Assembly: GCA_963700285.1 (NCBI GenBank)
Contig: CAVOXA010000010.1
Span: forward strand, 1,696,001-1,760,000
From: an uncultured Chloroflexia bacterium
GTDB lineage: Bacteria; Chloroflexota; Anaerolineae; JAAYZQ01
Length of the DNA stretch: 64,000 bases
Direction: 5' to 3'
Part shown: one piece after another, positions 8,400 through 17,348 of the stretch
Layout of the letters: the number at the start of each line of letters is the position of its first letter
Position numbering within the stretch: the stretch's first letter is position 1
The notes under the pieces: model-generated
Database searches by the model: none
What the model saw: only the letters and a program-made list of their open reading frames with translations
What the model was told of the DNA's origin: nothing
Position numbers and translations under genes: made by a program

Positions 8400-10718
8400 C
8401 TACTGCACAAATGCGTCCATGAACTCCCCTATGAAACCACGGATTACCTGTATGACAGTCTCACTGGGAGATTGGGGCGCGTCTTCTGTTGTGGCAGCCG
8501 TTGGTGTTGGCTCCCCGGCAGGTTCGTCCACTGGTGGCACGTCCCCCTCGCGGACCTCGTAGGCCGTGCCGTCCAGCACGACGATGACGTGGTCGCCCAG
8601 GGCAAAGTAGCGGCCCCACTCGGGCTGGGCAGCGATGAGGTCGAAATAGTCATCTCCCCCAAAGCTTAGCGGTATGGGCTTCATCCGGCCGGGATCAAAG
8701 GTGGTATCGGTCCAGGCATCGCCCTGCAGGACAAAGGTTTTGGCGCCGACGTACTTGACAGGGCTGATCTCGTAGCCATATTCGTCGGTCTCGCCACCTC
8801 CCAGACCCGAAGGCAATGCCGCCGCTGGAGCCTCGGCTTCTGAAAGTACCTTTTCCTTGGCGCTCCGCTCGACAGCCTGGGCGCCGGAGGCAGGCGCTGG
8901 CATGGCAGTGGCCTGACTCCACATACTGTCGGCAAGGGCTTCCCGGCCTTCCTCGCGCAGCGCCATCTCGGTTTCCTCTACAAGGAACGAGGTGTAGGGA
9001 GTGATGATGCCATAACGGATGGAGAGATCCACGATCTCGTCGATCAACTCCCGCCCCTCGCCGTTGAGCCGGATCTGCTGCAGCAGGTAGCCGATCTTGC
9101 GTGTGGCCCACAGCCTGGCGATGAATTCCTCGCCGCCCTCGCGGTGGAAGGCCACGTCATCATACTGGAACCGCTGGCGCCGGTCGTTGACCTCACCCTC
9201 GAGGGTGATCTCTGCATCGCCGCCTTGGCGGTAGCGGCCAACGACGACCAACTGGTTGCCGGCAAAGAGGTCTGGCAGAGGGTAGGGGTAGATCTCCTCC
9301 GCATCGATCCGGCCAAAGTCGATCTCCAGATTGGCCAGCAACGGTGTGCTAACCTTGGCGTAGAAGTCTGACACTTTTTCATCGATCGCTTCCTCGGGGC
9401 GCACGTAACCGCTGGCCCCCCGTTGGTTCTGGGCGATTGTGTCGAGCAGGACAGTGTTCACATCGTAGCCTACGCCAAAGGGAAAGATGCGAGCATTTTC
9501 AGGCGCGGCGTTGCCCACGTTGTCGATAATCCGGTCCACATCCACCTCACCGGTGGTCGGCAGGCCATCGGTCAGGAAGATGAGGGTAGTAGGGCGCTGC
9601 TCACCGGCCATGGCCAGCGCCTCCAGCAGCGCGCGGTTGATGTCGGTCGAGCCATTGGCTTCCAGTCGCCTCACAAAGTCCTGGGCCTCGCGCCGCTCAT
9701 CAGCCGGCACCAGGCCGCGGGCATAGTGGCGGGTGCCAGTGCCAAAGGCGATGACGTTGAAACGGTCCTCCTCGTGCAGGCTGTCCAGTACAAAGTCCAG
9801 CGCCTCTTTGGCCTGGTCAAGCTTTTCGCCGCGCATCGAGCCCGAAACGTCAAGAACCAGGATCACATCCTTGGCGATGACCTGTTGGGTGTCGATCTCG
9901 ACGTTGGGGGCGGCCAGAAGCAGGAAAAAGCCATCGCCGCGGCCATCGGGCTTGTAGCTGAGGAGGTTCAGGCCTACGTCCTCCGGTGAGACGGTGTAGT
10001 ACAGGACAAAGTCCCGGTCGGGCTTGACGTCGTATTCCTCGTAGCCAACGACGGCGTTGTGGTCGCCCCGGCGTACGACGTCGACGTCGTGGCTCGGGCT
10101 ATAGATGGCCTTCAGTGGCGTGTTGTCACGGATGGTAACGTTGACCGTCACCTCTTCCAGGGGCCGGGGCGAGAACTTTTCGGTATTCAGGGGATAGACG
10201 TACTCCACCAGGCCGTTGTCCATGTCCAGCACCTGGCTATATTCCAGCTCGATACGTCGCTCGCCGCCCGGGGGAATGGGATAGATGCTGGCCTGGAAAG
10301 CGTTGCGACCCACGTACTCCAGCAGGGCCGGATCGCGACGCCGCCGGACGATCTCTTCGTAGATGCGCCGGGCCTCGTCCCGTTCGAGTACCTGGCCCTC
10401 CAGCTTTTCGCCATTTACCCACATGGCGAACTCGCTGATGGCTGCCTCCTCGGGCAAGGGAAAGATATAGATCCCCTCCACCTCGTGACGGCCTTCGTTG
10501 ACAAAGACCTGGTCCACGTGGGTGGTAGCCACCTGGTCCTCAATGGTGACCGTGACGCGGTGGTACCTGATGGTCAGATAGGGCACCTCCACGGTCGGGA
10601 CAGGCGGGACCGGCTCAGGGATGATGATCCCGTCGGCCAGTGCCGGGGCCGCGGATCCGATCAGAAGGGCCAGAACGATCAGAATCCCGAATACTACTTG
10701 CACTTCTTTGCCATTCAT
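8400..10718 (-). CDS. Secreted VIT + vWA domain protein (inter-alpha-trypsin-inhibitor heavy-chain-like)
   Basis: Signal peptide (LIVLALLIGSAAPALA), VIT (EGIYIFPLPEEAAISEF), MIDAS DVSGSM and FLTDGLPT, RLWATRKI...GIITPYTSFLV; start ATG 10718. Confidence 0.9.
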   Translation of the reverse strand: MNGKEVQVVFGILIVLALLIGSAAPALADGIIIPEPVPPVPTVEVPYLTIRYHRVTVTIEDQVATTHVDQVFVNEGRHEVEGIYIFPLPEEAAISEFAMWVNGEKLEGQVLERDEARRIYEEIVRRRRDPALLEYVGRNAFQASIYPIPPGGERRIELEYSQVLDMDNGLVEYVYPLNTEKFSPRPLEEVTVNVTIRDNTPLKAIYSPSHDVDVVRRGDHNAVVGYEEYDVKPDRDFVLYYTVSPEDVGLNLLSYKPDGRGDGFFLLLAAPNVEIDTQQVIAKDVILVLDVSGSMRGEKLDQAKEALDFVLDSLHEEDRFNVIAFGTGTRHYARGLVPADERREAQDFVRRLEANGSTDINRALLEALAMAGEQRPTTLIFLTDGLPTTGEVDVDRIIDNVGNAAPENARIFPFGVGYDVNTVLLDTIAQNQRGASGYVRPEEAIDEKVSDFYAKVSTPLLANLEIDFGRIDAEEIYPYPLPDLFAGNQLVVVGRYRQGGDAEITLEGEVNDRRQRFQYDDVAFHREGGEEFIARLWATRKIGYLLQQIRLNGEGRELIDEIVDLSIRYGIITPYTSFLVEETEMALREEGREALADSMWSQATAMPAPASGAQAVERSAKEKVLSEAEAPAAALPSGLGGGETDEYGYEISPVKYVGAKTFVLQGDAWTDTTFDPGRMKPIPLSFGGDDYFDLIAAQPEWGRYFALGDHVIVVLDGTAYEVREGDVPPVDEPAGEPTPTAATTEDAPQSPSETVIQVIRGFIGEFMDAFVQ

Positions 10719-11016
10719 CTCTTCACTTCTCCTCTCTGGTATACTCGGGGCCGCGTTACATCTAAAGGACGCCTGGGGAAGGCCACAAGTTCCATCTGCA
10801 GAAGTCAAGGCTGATGAACATAAGAGAGAGCCCTGTGAGGCGTAGCTCTCCGTGCAGGGCTCTCGGGTAGACGCTCAATCGGTTGGAAAAACAGGCGGCT
10901 CTGCCTCAAACCTGCTGGACTGTGGCCCAGCAGGAGCAAGCGGCTGTAGCCAGTATTCTTTGCCAGAGCAAGCCATCGCTGGCTTGTATATTAGATGGCT
11001 GAAGGCTGACTGCTCC

Positions 11017-11604
11017 TCACAGCCCAGCCAGCGGTAGCGCCTTCAGATCCACAGGCAGGCCAGCCACCATCAGGATGGCACGGTCTGCGATGCGGGCCAA
11101 GTACTGGTTGGCCCGGCCCAGGCAGTCGCGATAGGTACGGCCCAAACTGTAAGGTGGTACCACCCCCAGTCCAACTTCATTAGAGACGACGACGAGGTGG
11201 GCACCCAACTGGCGATAGGCCCCCAGCAATGCATCCAGCTCGGCCTCAACGGCGGCCCAGGCTGCCTCAATGTCCGGTTCTGGGGCATCTGGCCCGTCGG
11301 ATAGGATGGCATTAGATACCAGCAGGGTCAGGCAGTCCAGCAGGATCACGTCTACCTGCCCGGCATCAACCGAGGTACGCAGCGCTGCCCCAACGCTCAC
11401 GGGGGCTTCGAGCGTCTTCCAGTCCGGGGGGCGGAGAGACTGGTGGGCGGCCACCCGGGCGCGCATCTCATCGTCCAGCGCCTCGGCCGTGGCCACATAG
11501 AGCACGCACTGGCCCAGTTTGGGTGCCAGGGCCTCGGCATAGGTGCTTTTGCCGCTGCGGGCCCCACCCAGGATCAGGGTCAGGGTAGATTCAGCCTTTG
11601 CCAT
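11017..11604 (-). CDS. cobU: Adenosylcobinamide kinase / adenosylcobinamide-phosphate guanylyltransferase
   Basis: GGARSGKS P-loop, [30 protein letters not shown]. Confidence 0.95.
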   Translation of the reverse strand: MAKAESTLTLILGGARSGKSTYAEALAPKLGQCVLYVATAEALDDEMRARVAAHQSLRPPDWKTLEAPVSVGAALRTSVDAGQVDVILLDCLTLLVSNAILSDGPDAPEPDIEAAWAAVEAELDALLGAYRQLGAHLVVVSNEVGLGVVPPYSLGRTYRDCLGRANQYLARIADRAILMVAGLPVDLKALPLAGL

Positions 11605-12406
11605 TAACCACCTCGGCTACAAGCGACCGCGAGGAAAAGAAATCCTCTCGGCCAAAGACCTCCAGAGTGAGCACGCCGTCGTAGTGGCGAGCCAACAGCA
11701 GATCCAGCACCGGCGCGACCCGCTCCACACCAAGATGCAGCAGCGATTCGTGATCGTACGGTTGGGATCCTGAGACTTTGATGCCGTGCAGGTGTACAAC
11801 GCGCGTCCAGGGCAGGTAGCAGTCCAGGAAGGACACCGGGTCGCGCCCCGTGAGCCACAGGTGGCCGGCATCAACGCACAGGCCCACAGGCACCCGCTCC
11901 AACAGAGGCAGGAAATGCTCTGGAGCATAGTTCTCCAGGTTCTCGACGCACAGCCGCTGGGCGCCGCTGGCCAGTACGGCGAGCTGTTCCAGGACCTGGC
12001 AGGCATCCTGCTGCCAGTGGGTCACCGTGGCGGGGCTGGGGGCCCCCTCCACCGATTCGGTTCCACCCGCCACGGGTCGCCTGCCATCCAGGTGCAGAAC
12101 GTAGGCCCAGGGCGCCAAGTCGCGGGTACAGGTGATCACCTTTCCCGCCTCTTCCAGCGACTGTGGATGGGTCAGCGTCAGATCCAGCGGCAGATGGACG
12201 GTGTAGGTCAGGTTATGGGTTCTCGCCAGGGCATTCAGCTCAGAGACGGTGGCAGCATCGGGTAGGTTGGAGTAGCCGTCTACCTCGAACAGAACCAGCT
12301 CCACGTCATCCACCAACGGCCCCAGCCGGCGGACGTTGGGCAAGATTTCGGCCGGCCAGACGTAGGAGGTAGCGCCCAGCCGGTAGGGCGTGCCCAGTAC
12401 CGTCAT
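11591..12406 (-). CDS. cbiR: Cobamide-remodelling phosphodiesterase CbiR-like (AP endonuclease 2 / TIM barrel)
   Basis: LGATSYV...DDVELVLFE...YTVHLPLD...CVENL...DAGHL...HLHG...DH..L...LTLEVF; lies between cobS and cobU; ATG overlaps the cobS stop. Confidence 0.8.
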   Translation of the reverse strand: MTVLGTPYRLGATSYVWPAEILPNVRRLGPLVDDVELVLFEVDGYSNLPDAATVSELNALARTHNLTYTVHLPLDLTLTHPQSLEEAGKVITCTRDLAPWAYVLHLDGRRPVAGGTESVEGAPSPATVTHWQQDACQVLEQLAVLASGAQRLCVENLENYAPEHFLPLLERVPVGLCVDAGHLWLTGRDPVSFLDCYLPWTRVVHLHGIKVSGSQPYDHESLLHLGVERVAPVLDLLLARHYDGVLTLEVFGREDFFSSRSLVAEVVNGKG

Positions 12407-13170
12407 GGCATGACCCCCTGGTAGGCCAGTATGGCCAGGGCCAGCAGGCCTACCGCCTCTGTCAGCTCGCAGATCGCTCCGTAAGCATCGCCCGTCAGCC
12501 CGCCGATCCTGGACTGGATCCACTGTGCTACCAGCAGGCCGGCAAGGGCCGCCAGCAGAAGCGGCAGCAAAGCGGTCCAGCCCAGCCCTGCCCACCAGGC
12601 CAATGCACAGGCCAGCAAGGCCGTGCCCGTGGCAATAACCAGTTGCCAGCGCCCCGCGCCGGTTTTCGCCTTCTGGCCCAATCCAGGCCCTGCTCGGGCA
12701 TAGGGGTACAACAACACCGCTCCGGTCATGCACCAGCGGGCCAGGGTGGGCACCAGGAGCAGGGACGGGAGGCGGATCTCTCCGGACAAAGCCGCCAGGG
12801 CGGCGTACTTGACCAGCAGCAGCAGCGCTACGCCAACGATGCCAAAGGCGCCGGCGTGGACGTCGCGCAGGATCTCCAGACGGCGCTCCCGCTGTACGGG
12901 AGCCAACAGGCCATCGCAGCAGTCGATAAAGCCATCCAGGTGAAGGGCGCCGGTTAGGGCTACCCAGGCGACAAGAAGTAAGGCCGCCGCCACTCCTTCG
13001 GGAAAGAGCCAGCGCAACCCCCAGTCCAGCCCGGCCAGGATGGCGCCCAGGACCAGCCCTACGGCCGGGTACCAGGCAGTTGCCTTCCCCCATGTAGCAT
13101 CGTCGAAGCGGTGGGTGCCGGGTACCGGCAGGATGGTGAGAAAGCGTAGGGCAGCCAAAAAGGGAAGCAT
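12403..13170 (-). CDS. cobS: Adenosylcobinamide-GDP ribazoletransferase (cobalamin synthase)
   Basis: FLTILP, TGALHLDGFIDCCDG, GAFG, GGLTGDAYGA; start ATG 13170. Confidence 0.95.
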   Translation of the reverse strand: MLPFLAALRFLTILPVPGTHRFDDATWGKATAWYPAVGLVLGAILAGLDWGLRWLFPEGVAAALLLVAWVALTGALHLDGFIDCCDGLLAPVQRERRLEILRDVHAGAFGIVGVALLLLVKYAALAALSGEIRLPSLLLVPTLARWCMTGAVLLYPYARAGPGLGQKAKTGAGRWQLVIATGTALLACALAWWAGLGWTALLPLLLAALAGLLVAQWIQSRIGGLTGDAYGAICELTEAVGLLALAILAYQGVMP

Positions 13171-13174
13171 GAGT

Positions 13175-14239
13175 TCAGCCCTGCGGACCAGAGATGCCTG
13201 CATCGTCAAAGGTTGCCATTTCGGACAGGATTCGGCAGGCGGCCTCGACCAGGTGCATGGCCAGTACTGCGCCCGTGCCTTCTCCAAGGCGCAGATCCAT
13301 GTCAAGCAGTGGCTTCAGCCCCAAGGTCTGCCACAGGGCGGCATGACCCCGCTCCACTGAAAGATGTGAGGCGATGAGATAGGGCTTGACAGCCGGACAG
13401 AGGGCAGCCGCAAGGAGAGCGCCTGCCGCTGAGATAAAGCCATCCACGAGGACGGGCAGGCGATGGACCGCTGCTCCCAGACAGACGCCGGCGATGGCAC
13501 CGATCTCAAATCCGCCCACGGCGGAAAGAACGCCCAAGGGGTCGGAGGGATCGGGCTGATGGAATGCCAGCGCCCGCTCAATGGTTTCTATTTTTAGCGC
13601 CAGGCCAGCGTCATCCACACCGGTGCCCCGTCCGGTCACCTGTTCCACTGGAAGGCCAGTGTAGACGGCGGTGATGGCGCTGGCCGGGGTGGTGTTGCCG
13701 ATGCCCATCTCACCGGTGGCCACCAGGTCGAGACCCCGGGCTAACTCGTTCGTCACGATCTCAAGGCCGACCTCGAGGGAGCGGGCGGCCTGCTCGCGGG
13801 TCATGGCCGGACCCTGGGAAAAGTTGGCAGTACCTGGGGCGATCTTTCGATTTAGGAGGTCCGGATGTTCCGGAAGATCGCCTGCTACGCCGACGTCGGC
13901 TATCACGACGCGAGCGCCGGCCTGGCGGGCCAGCACATTGACGGCCGCTCCGCCGCGTAAAAAGTTGAGTACCATCTGGGTGGTTACTTTGGAGGGGTAG
14001 GCACTCACTCCCTCAGCCGCGATGCCGTGGTCTCCGGCCAGGACGATGACGGCCTTCCGATCCACGCGAGGCTGGGGCTGGCCGGTGATACCCGCCAGTT
14101 GGATGGAGAGGGCCTCCAGGCACCCCAAGCTGCCCTGGGGTTTGGTCAGGCCATCCTGGCGAGCCCGAGCGGCTGCCATCGCCGCTTCATCCAAGGGGGG
14201 GATCTGAGTACAGAGTTCGGTGATGGAATGTGTTGTCAA
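13175..14239 (-). CDS. cobT: Nicotinate-nucleotide--dimethylbenzimidazole phosphoribosyltransferase
   Basis: LTKPQGSLG.LE, AGDHG, GEMGIGNTT, VDGFIS, RLGEGTGA. Confidence 0.97.
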   Translation of the reverse strand: MTTHSITELCTQIPPLDEAAMAAARARQDGLTKPQGSLGCLEALSIQLAGITGQPQPRVDRKAVIVLAGDHGIAAEGVSAYPSKVTTQMVLNFLRGGAAVNVLARQAGARVVIADVGVAGDLPEHPDLLNRKIAPGTANFSQGPAMTREQAARSLEVGLEIVTNELARGLDLVATGEMGIGNTTPASAITAVYTGLPVEQVTGRGTGVDDAGLALKIETIERALAFHQPDPSDPLGVLSAVGGFEIGAIAGVCLGAAVHRLPVLVDGFISAAGALLAAALCPAVKPYLIASHLSVERGHAALWQTLGLKPLLDMDLRLGEGTGAVLAMHLVEAACRILSEMATFDDAGISGPQG

Positions 14240-15018
14240 ATCGGTCTCACCTCAAAAAAGAATCGTTGTTGAAAGCGCCGCAACAGGCGTACGACTGGGG
14301 CAGCGAACAGGAGCAGTAGCACAAAATTGCCCGCAGCTCGTGCCAGGTCCCACCATAGCGAAGTCACGGCGTAAAAGATGGCATAGCGCCGCAGGATCTC
14401 GACAAGGGGCAGGCCGGGCTGCCAATACATCTCGGACTGGCCGGGCGTGAACACGTAGGGCCAAAAGTAAACGTTCATCAACACCCCAAAGGCAAGGCCC
14501 AGGATCAGGCCCCAGACCGCCAGCATCAGGGCCTCGGCCAGAGGATGACCCTCTAGACGGGGCAGCCAGCCCGAGAGCAGCCCCACCCAGCCGGCGGCGA
14601 ACATCTGGTAGGGCAGCCACGGACCCACGCCAAAACCCAAGAAACCTGACACGGCCAGGGAAAAAACACCCAACAGAAAGCCAAAAGTCGGGCCGTAGAC
14701 GTAGCCACACAGGATGGGCAGGATGAAAACGAGGGTAAACCCGGCCGGCCCCGGCACGCCCCGCAGTACGGCGTTGGCCGCTGTCAGGACGCCCAGAACA
14801 GCGATCAGCTTGGCGTTCATCATGCCGGCCGATAGGCTGCTCAGGACCGCACTCAGGCACAGTACAACCAATACCACAAAGATGAGGGGCGCATCCTGGG
14901 CATGGGCCGCCGAGGTAAAGCCGTCCCCCTGTTGGGGCACGACGAAGGGATATAAGAATGCTCCCAGGCCAATCAGGCTGGCAACGGCGAGAATTGCGGC
15001 ATTCAGTACCTTCTGCAT
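14236..15018 (-). CDS. ECF transporter S-component, predicted corrinoid-specific
   Basis: Multi-TM; FILPIL.G..YGP.FGFLLG, GVGPWLPYQM, WDLARA.GN; first gene under a B12 riboswitch. Confidence 0.85.
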   Translation of the reverse strand: MQKVLNAAILAVASLIGLGAFLYPFVVPQQGDGFTSAAHAQDAPLIFVVLVVLCLSAVLSSLSAGMMNAKLIAVLGVLTAANAVLRGVPGPAGFTLVFILPILCGYVYGPTFGFLLGVFSLAVSGFLGFGVGPWLPYQMFAAGWVGLLSGWLPRLEGHPLAEALMLAVWGLILGLAFGVLMNVYFWPYVFTPGQSEMYWQPGLPLVEILRRYAIFYAVTSLWWDLARAAGNFVLLLLFAAPVVRLLRRFQQRFFFEVRPI

Positions 15019-15082
15019 AGCAGTGCTTTAGCCCACCAAGAGATTTCCCGGTCGAGATACCGGGACCTCAATGCTCATATCT

Positions 15083-15114
15083 AACAAGAAACCTCCTGCC
15101 TTCTGGCAAGAGGT
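15083..15114 (-). terminator. Intrinsic terminator in the expression platform of the leftward riboswitch
   Basis: Minus strand acctcttgcc-agaa-ggcaggaggt followed by ttcttgtt. Confidence 0.75.
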
Positions 15115-15170
15115 GGTCAATGGCCCAAGGGCCATGCACCTACCACCTTTCCACGAAGGTTCACAGTGCG

Positions 15171-15393
15171 TGACCATGGCAGGCGGTCTGGCTTGAGTGG
15201 CAGTCAGTGATGAGGGGTCTGCAGTCAGACTGAACAATCTCTTTGCGACCCACGCTTGCTGTCTACGACTCTTACAGTTGCGGGACAGCGCCGGACTTGG
15301 CATATGCCTTGGCAAACACTGGTGCCAAGACACAGGTTCCACCGGCTTCCCCTCTTGGGCCCCGTGCATCCGGGCGACAGGGCACCATGGTCA
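15171..15393 (-). ncRNA. Cobalamin riboswitch (leftward, controls ECF-S/cob operon)
   Basis: Minus strand ggtgccc...gggaagccggtg...tccggcgctgtcccgcaactgt...aagccagaccgcctgcca (B12 box); P1 tgaccatgg/ccatggtca. Confidence 0.93.
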
Positions 15394-15414
15394 GCGGTTT
15401 TGAATTGGGGCACC

Positions 15415-15443
15415 AATATAACACAGCTACTGTGGACTGTCAA
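15415..15443 (-). promoter_or_regulatory. Sigma70 promoter for the leftward riboswitch
   Basis: TTGACA-17-TATATT with extended TG. Confidence 0.75.
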
Positions 15444-15482
15444 GCTTTGTGAAAGACACGATGAATCGATGACAAGTCCGTT

Positions 15483-15511
15483 TTGACACGCCAGGCGCTT
15501 TGTGCTAGAAT
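15483..15511 (+). promoter_or_regulatory. Sigma70 promoter for the rightward riboswitch
   Basis: TTGACA-17-TAGAAT with extended TG. Confidence 0.75.
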
Positions 15512-15552
15512 GCACACAGTTGTCGGCACTTTCCAACTGAATAGTATAGCTC

Positions 15553-15713
15553 AGCAGTGGTGCCCTAGGTCCGGATGCCAGGGCACAATGGCGAAGACCG
15601 GTGAGAGTCCGGCGCTGTCCCGCAACTGTAAGAGAGGCCGTACATGACACGTCAGCGGTGATGCAAGTTCCATCGTTGACCGCTTCTCAAGCCAGGACGC
15701 CCGCCACTGACTG
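15553..15713 (+). ncRNA. Cobalamin riboswitch (rightward)
   Basis: ggtgccc...ccggtgagagtccggcgctgtcccgcaactgt...aagccaggacgcccgcca; P1 cagtgg/ccactg. Confidence 0.93.
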
Positions 15714-15772
15714 TCCGCTATTGCTACCTTCGAGAGAAAGGGGGGCGCGGAGTATGGCACAACCATAAACCG

Positions 15773-15837
15773 ATCCCCTTGTGAAGTGAAACAAGGGGAT
15801 TTCTCATGCCCGGCGCTTTCGTCGGGCATCTTTCTTT
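15773..15837 (+). terminator. Two tandem terminator-like hairpins after the riboswitch
   Basis: atccccttgt...acaaggggat-ttctc and atgcccggcg-cttt-cgtcgggcat-ctttcttt. Confidence 0.7.
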
Positions 15838-15912
15838 GGTGGGACCAGGCGATGATCTGCACCATTGGCAATATGCAGACACAATTCAATCAGAGAATAG
15901 GAGACAGGCGAG

Positions 15913-17285
15913 ATGAAAACCACCAAGTCAAAGATCGGACTTTTGCTCACTGTAGTGGCTGCTACGGTCATCACGTTTATGGTGGCCTTAAGTGTTCAGG
16001 TGGGACCGACACAGGCGCAGGAAACGTCGCCGCCAGCGGCCGCGGCGGACAGTGCGGCCCATGTCATCATTCAGTTTGCCGATGGGGCCACTGCCGTCAG
16101 GCCCATCTCTTGGACGGGCACAATCTCTCGGGTCGTCGCGTTGGAGCTGGCTGGGTTTGAGGTCGAGAAAAGTGGCGACGCAGTGTGCAATATCGAGGGG
16201 GAAGGTTGTCCGGCCACCGATTGTTTCTGCGCCGACAACCTATGGGCACAAGGAATATGGGCGGGCATGGCCTGGGATGGTGCCGCTTGGCCGCCGCCTG
16301 ATCTGAGGGACGGTGACGTGGTAGCCTTCCGGAATGGGACACAGGCAGACTACAGCGATTGGGGCTTGACCGGTAGACTATCGGGCGCCCCAACCTATGT
16401 TGCTGCCTCGGATGCGCTGGAGTGGATGCGCGCCCAGCAACAACCAGATGGGAGCTACATGGACAGTTTTGGCAAGATAGGCGCCTCGGCTAGAGCCCTC
16501 GTGGCGCTAGGCTCGGCCGGCTACGATCCTGCCGAGTGGGGGGATCCTGATCTCCTCAGTTTCCTGACCGTGGTGTCCAAGACCCAGACTGCCGAGTATG
16601 CCGCTGCGTCGGCCGCGGGGGCTGGCAAGCTGGCCCTGGGCGCAGCCTGGACCCAGCAGCCGGTGACTGACTTTGCTGGAATCAACCTGCCGATCAGCAT
16701 CACGACCTACTATAGCGACACCACCGGCGCCTATGGCGTTGGTAGCGGTGACACGGCCTGGGCGGTGTTGGGCCTTTCCGCTGCTGAAGAAGAAATCCCG
16801 GCCAGGACGGTCAAATTTCTTGAAGGAGTGCAGAACGACGATGGCGGATGGGCCTGGAATGAATGGGGAGCCACGAGCGAGACGCAGCATACGGCCGCTT
16901 GTGTGCAGGCTCTGCTGGCTGCGGGTGAACCGATGACCTCTACCGCAATCAGCAAGGCGCTGGTGTTTCTCGAACGGGACGTGGAATGCCAATGGTGGAT
17001 TCGCCTACACGCCACCGGGCGACAGCGATGTCAGTTCGACCGCGTACGCGCTCCAGGGTTTCCTGTCTGCTCGGAGAAGAGCCAGCGGGCAACTGGTGCA
17101 CCAGCATCCAGAGTAGATACCTGCTTGCCCAACAGAAAGCCGATGGCAGCTACCCGAGCTTTTCGCCCCTGTATGCCACCCAGGAGACGATCCCGGCCTT
17201 GATGTACCAGCCCTACGGACGAAGAGCGGCATGGAGCTTCAATTGCTATGAGAGCTATCTGTCAATGGCCTTTGGACCGCAGTAG
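15913..17285 (+). CDS. Secreted protein: DUF4430/transcobalamin-beta-like domain plus prenyltransferase/squalene-oxidase-repeat alpha-toroid; two +1 frameshifts (~16975, ~17072)
   Basis: Signal peptide; VCNIEGEGCP..DCFC...W...DGDVV; QW-type repeats QQQPDGSY, VQNDDGGW, (shifted) WNANGGFAY, QQKADGSY. Confidence 0.75.
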
Positions 17286-17348
17286 CGGACGTTCTTCCGG
17301 TTCCGGCCCGGGTCAGCCTGGACCGGAACCGGGTAAGTGGAGGGCTAG

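Noticed and set aside
12407-13093. N-terminal half of the 500-aa ORF 11591-13093
   Set aside because: An off-frame overlap with cobS; the CbiR-like protein starts at 12406.
15913-17285. Squalene-hopene cyclase or prenyltransferase enzyme
   Set aside because: It has a signal peptide, lacks a DXDD catalytic motif and is under a B12 riboswitch; a binding or structural role fits better.
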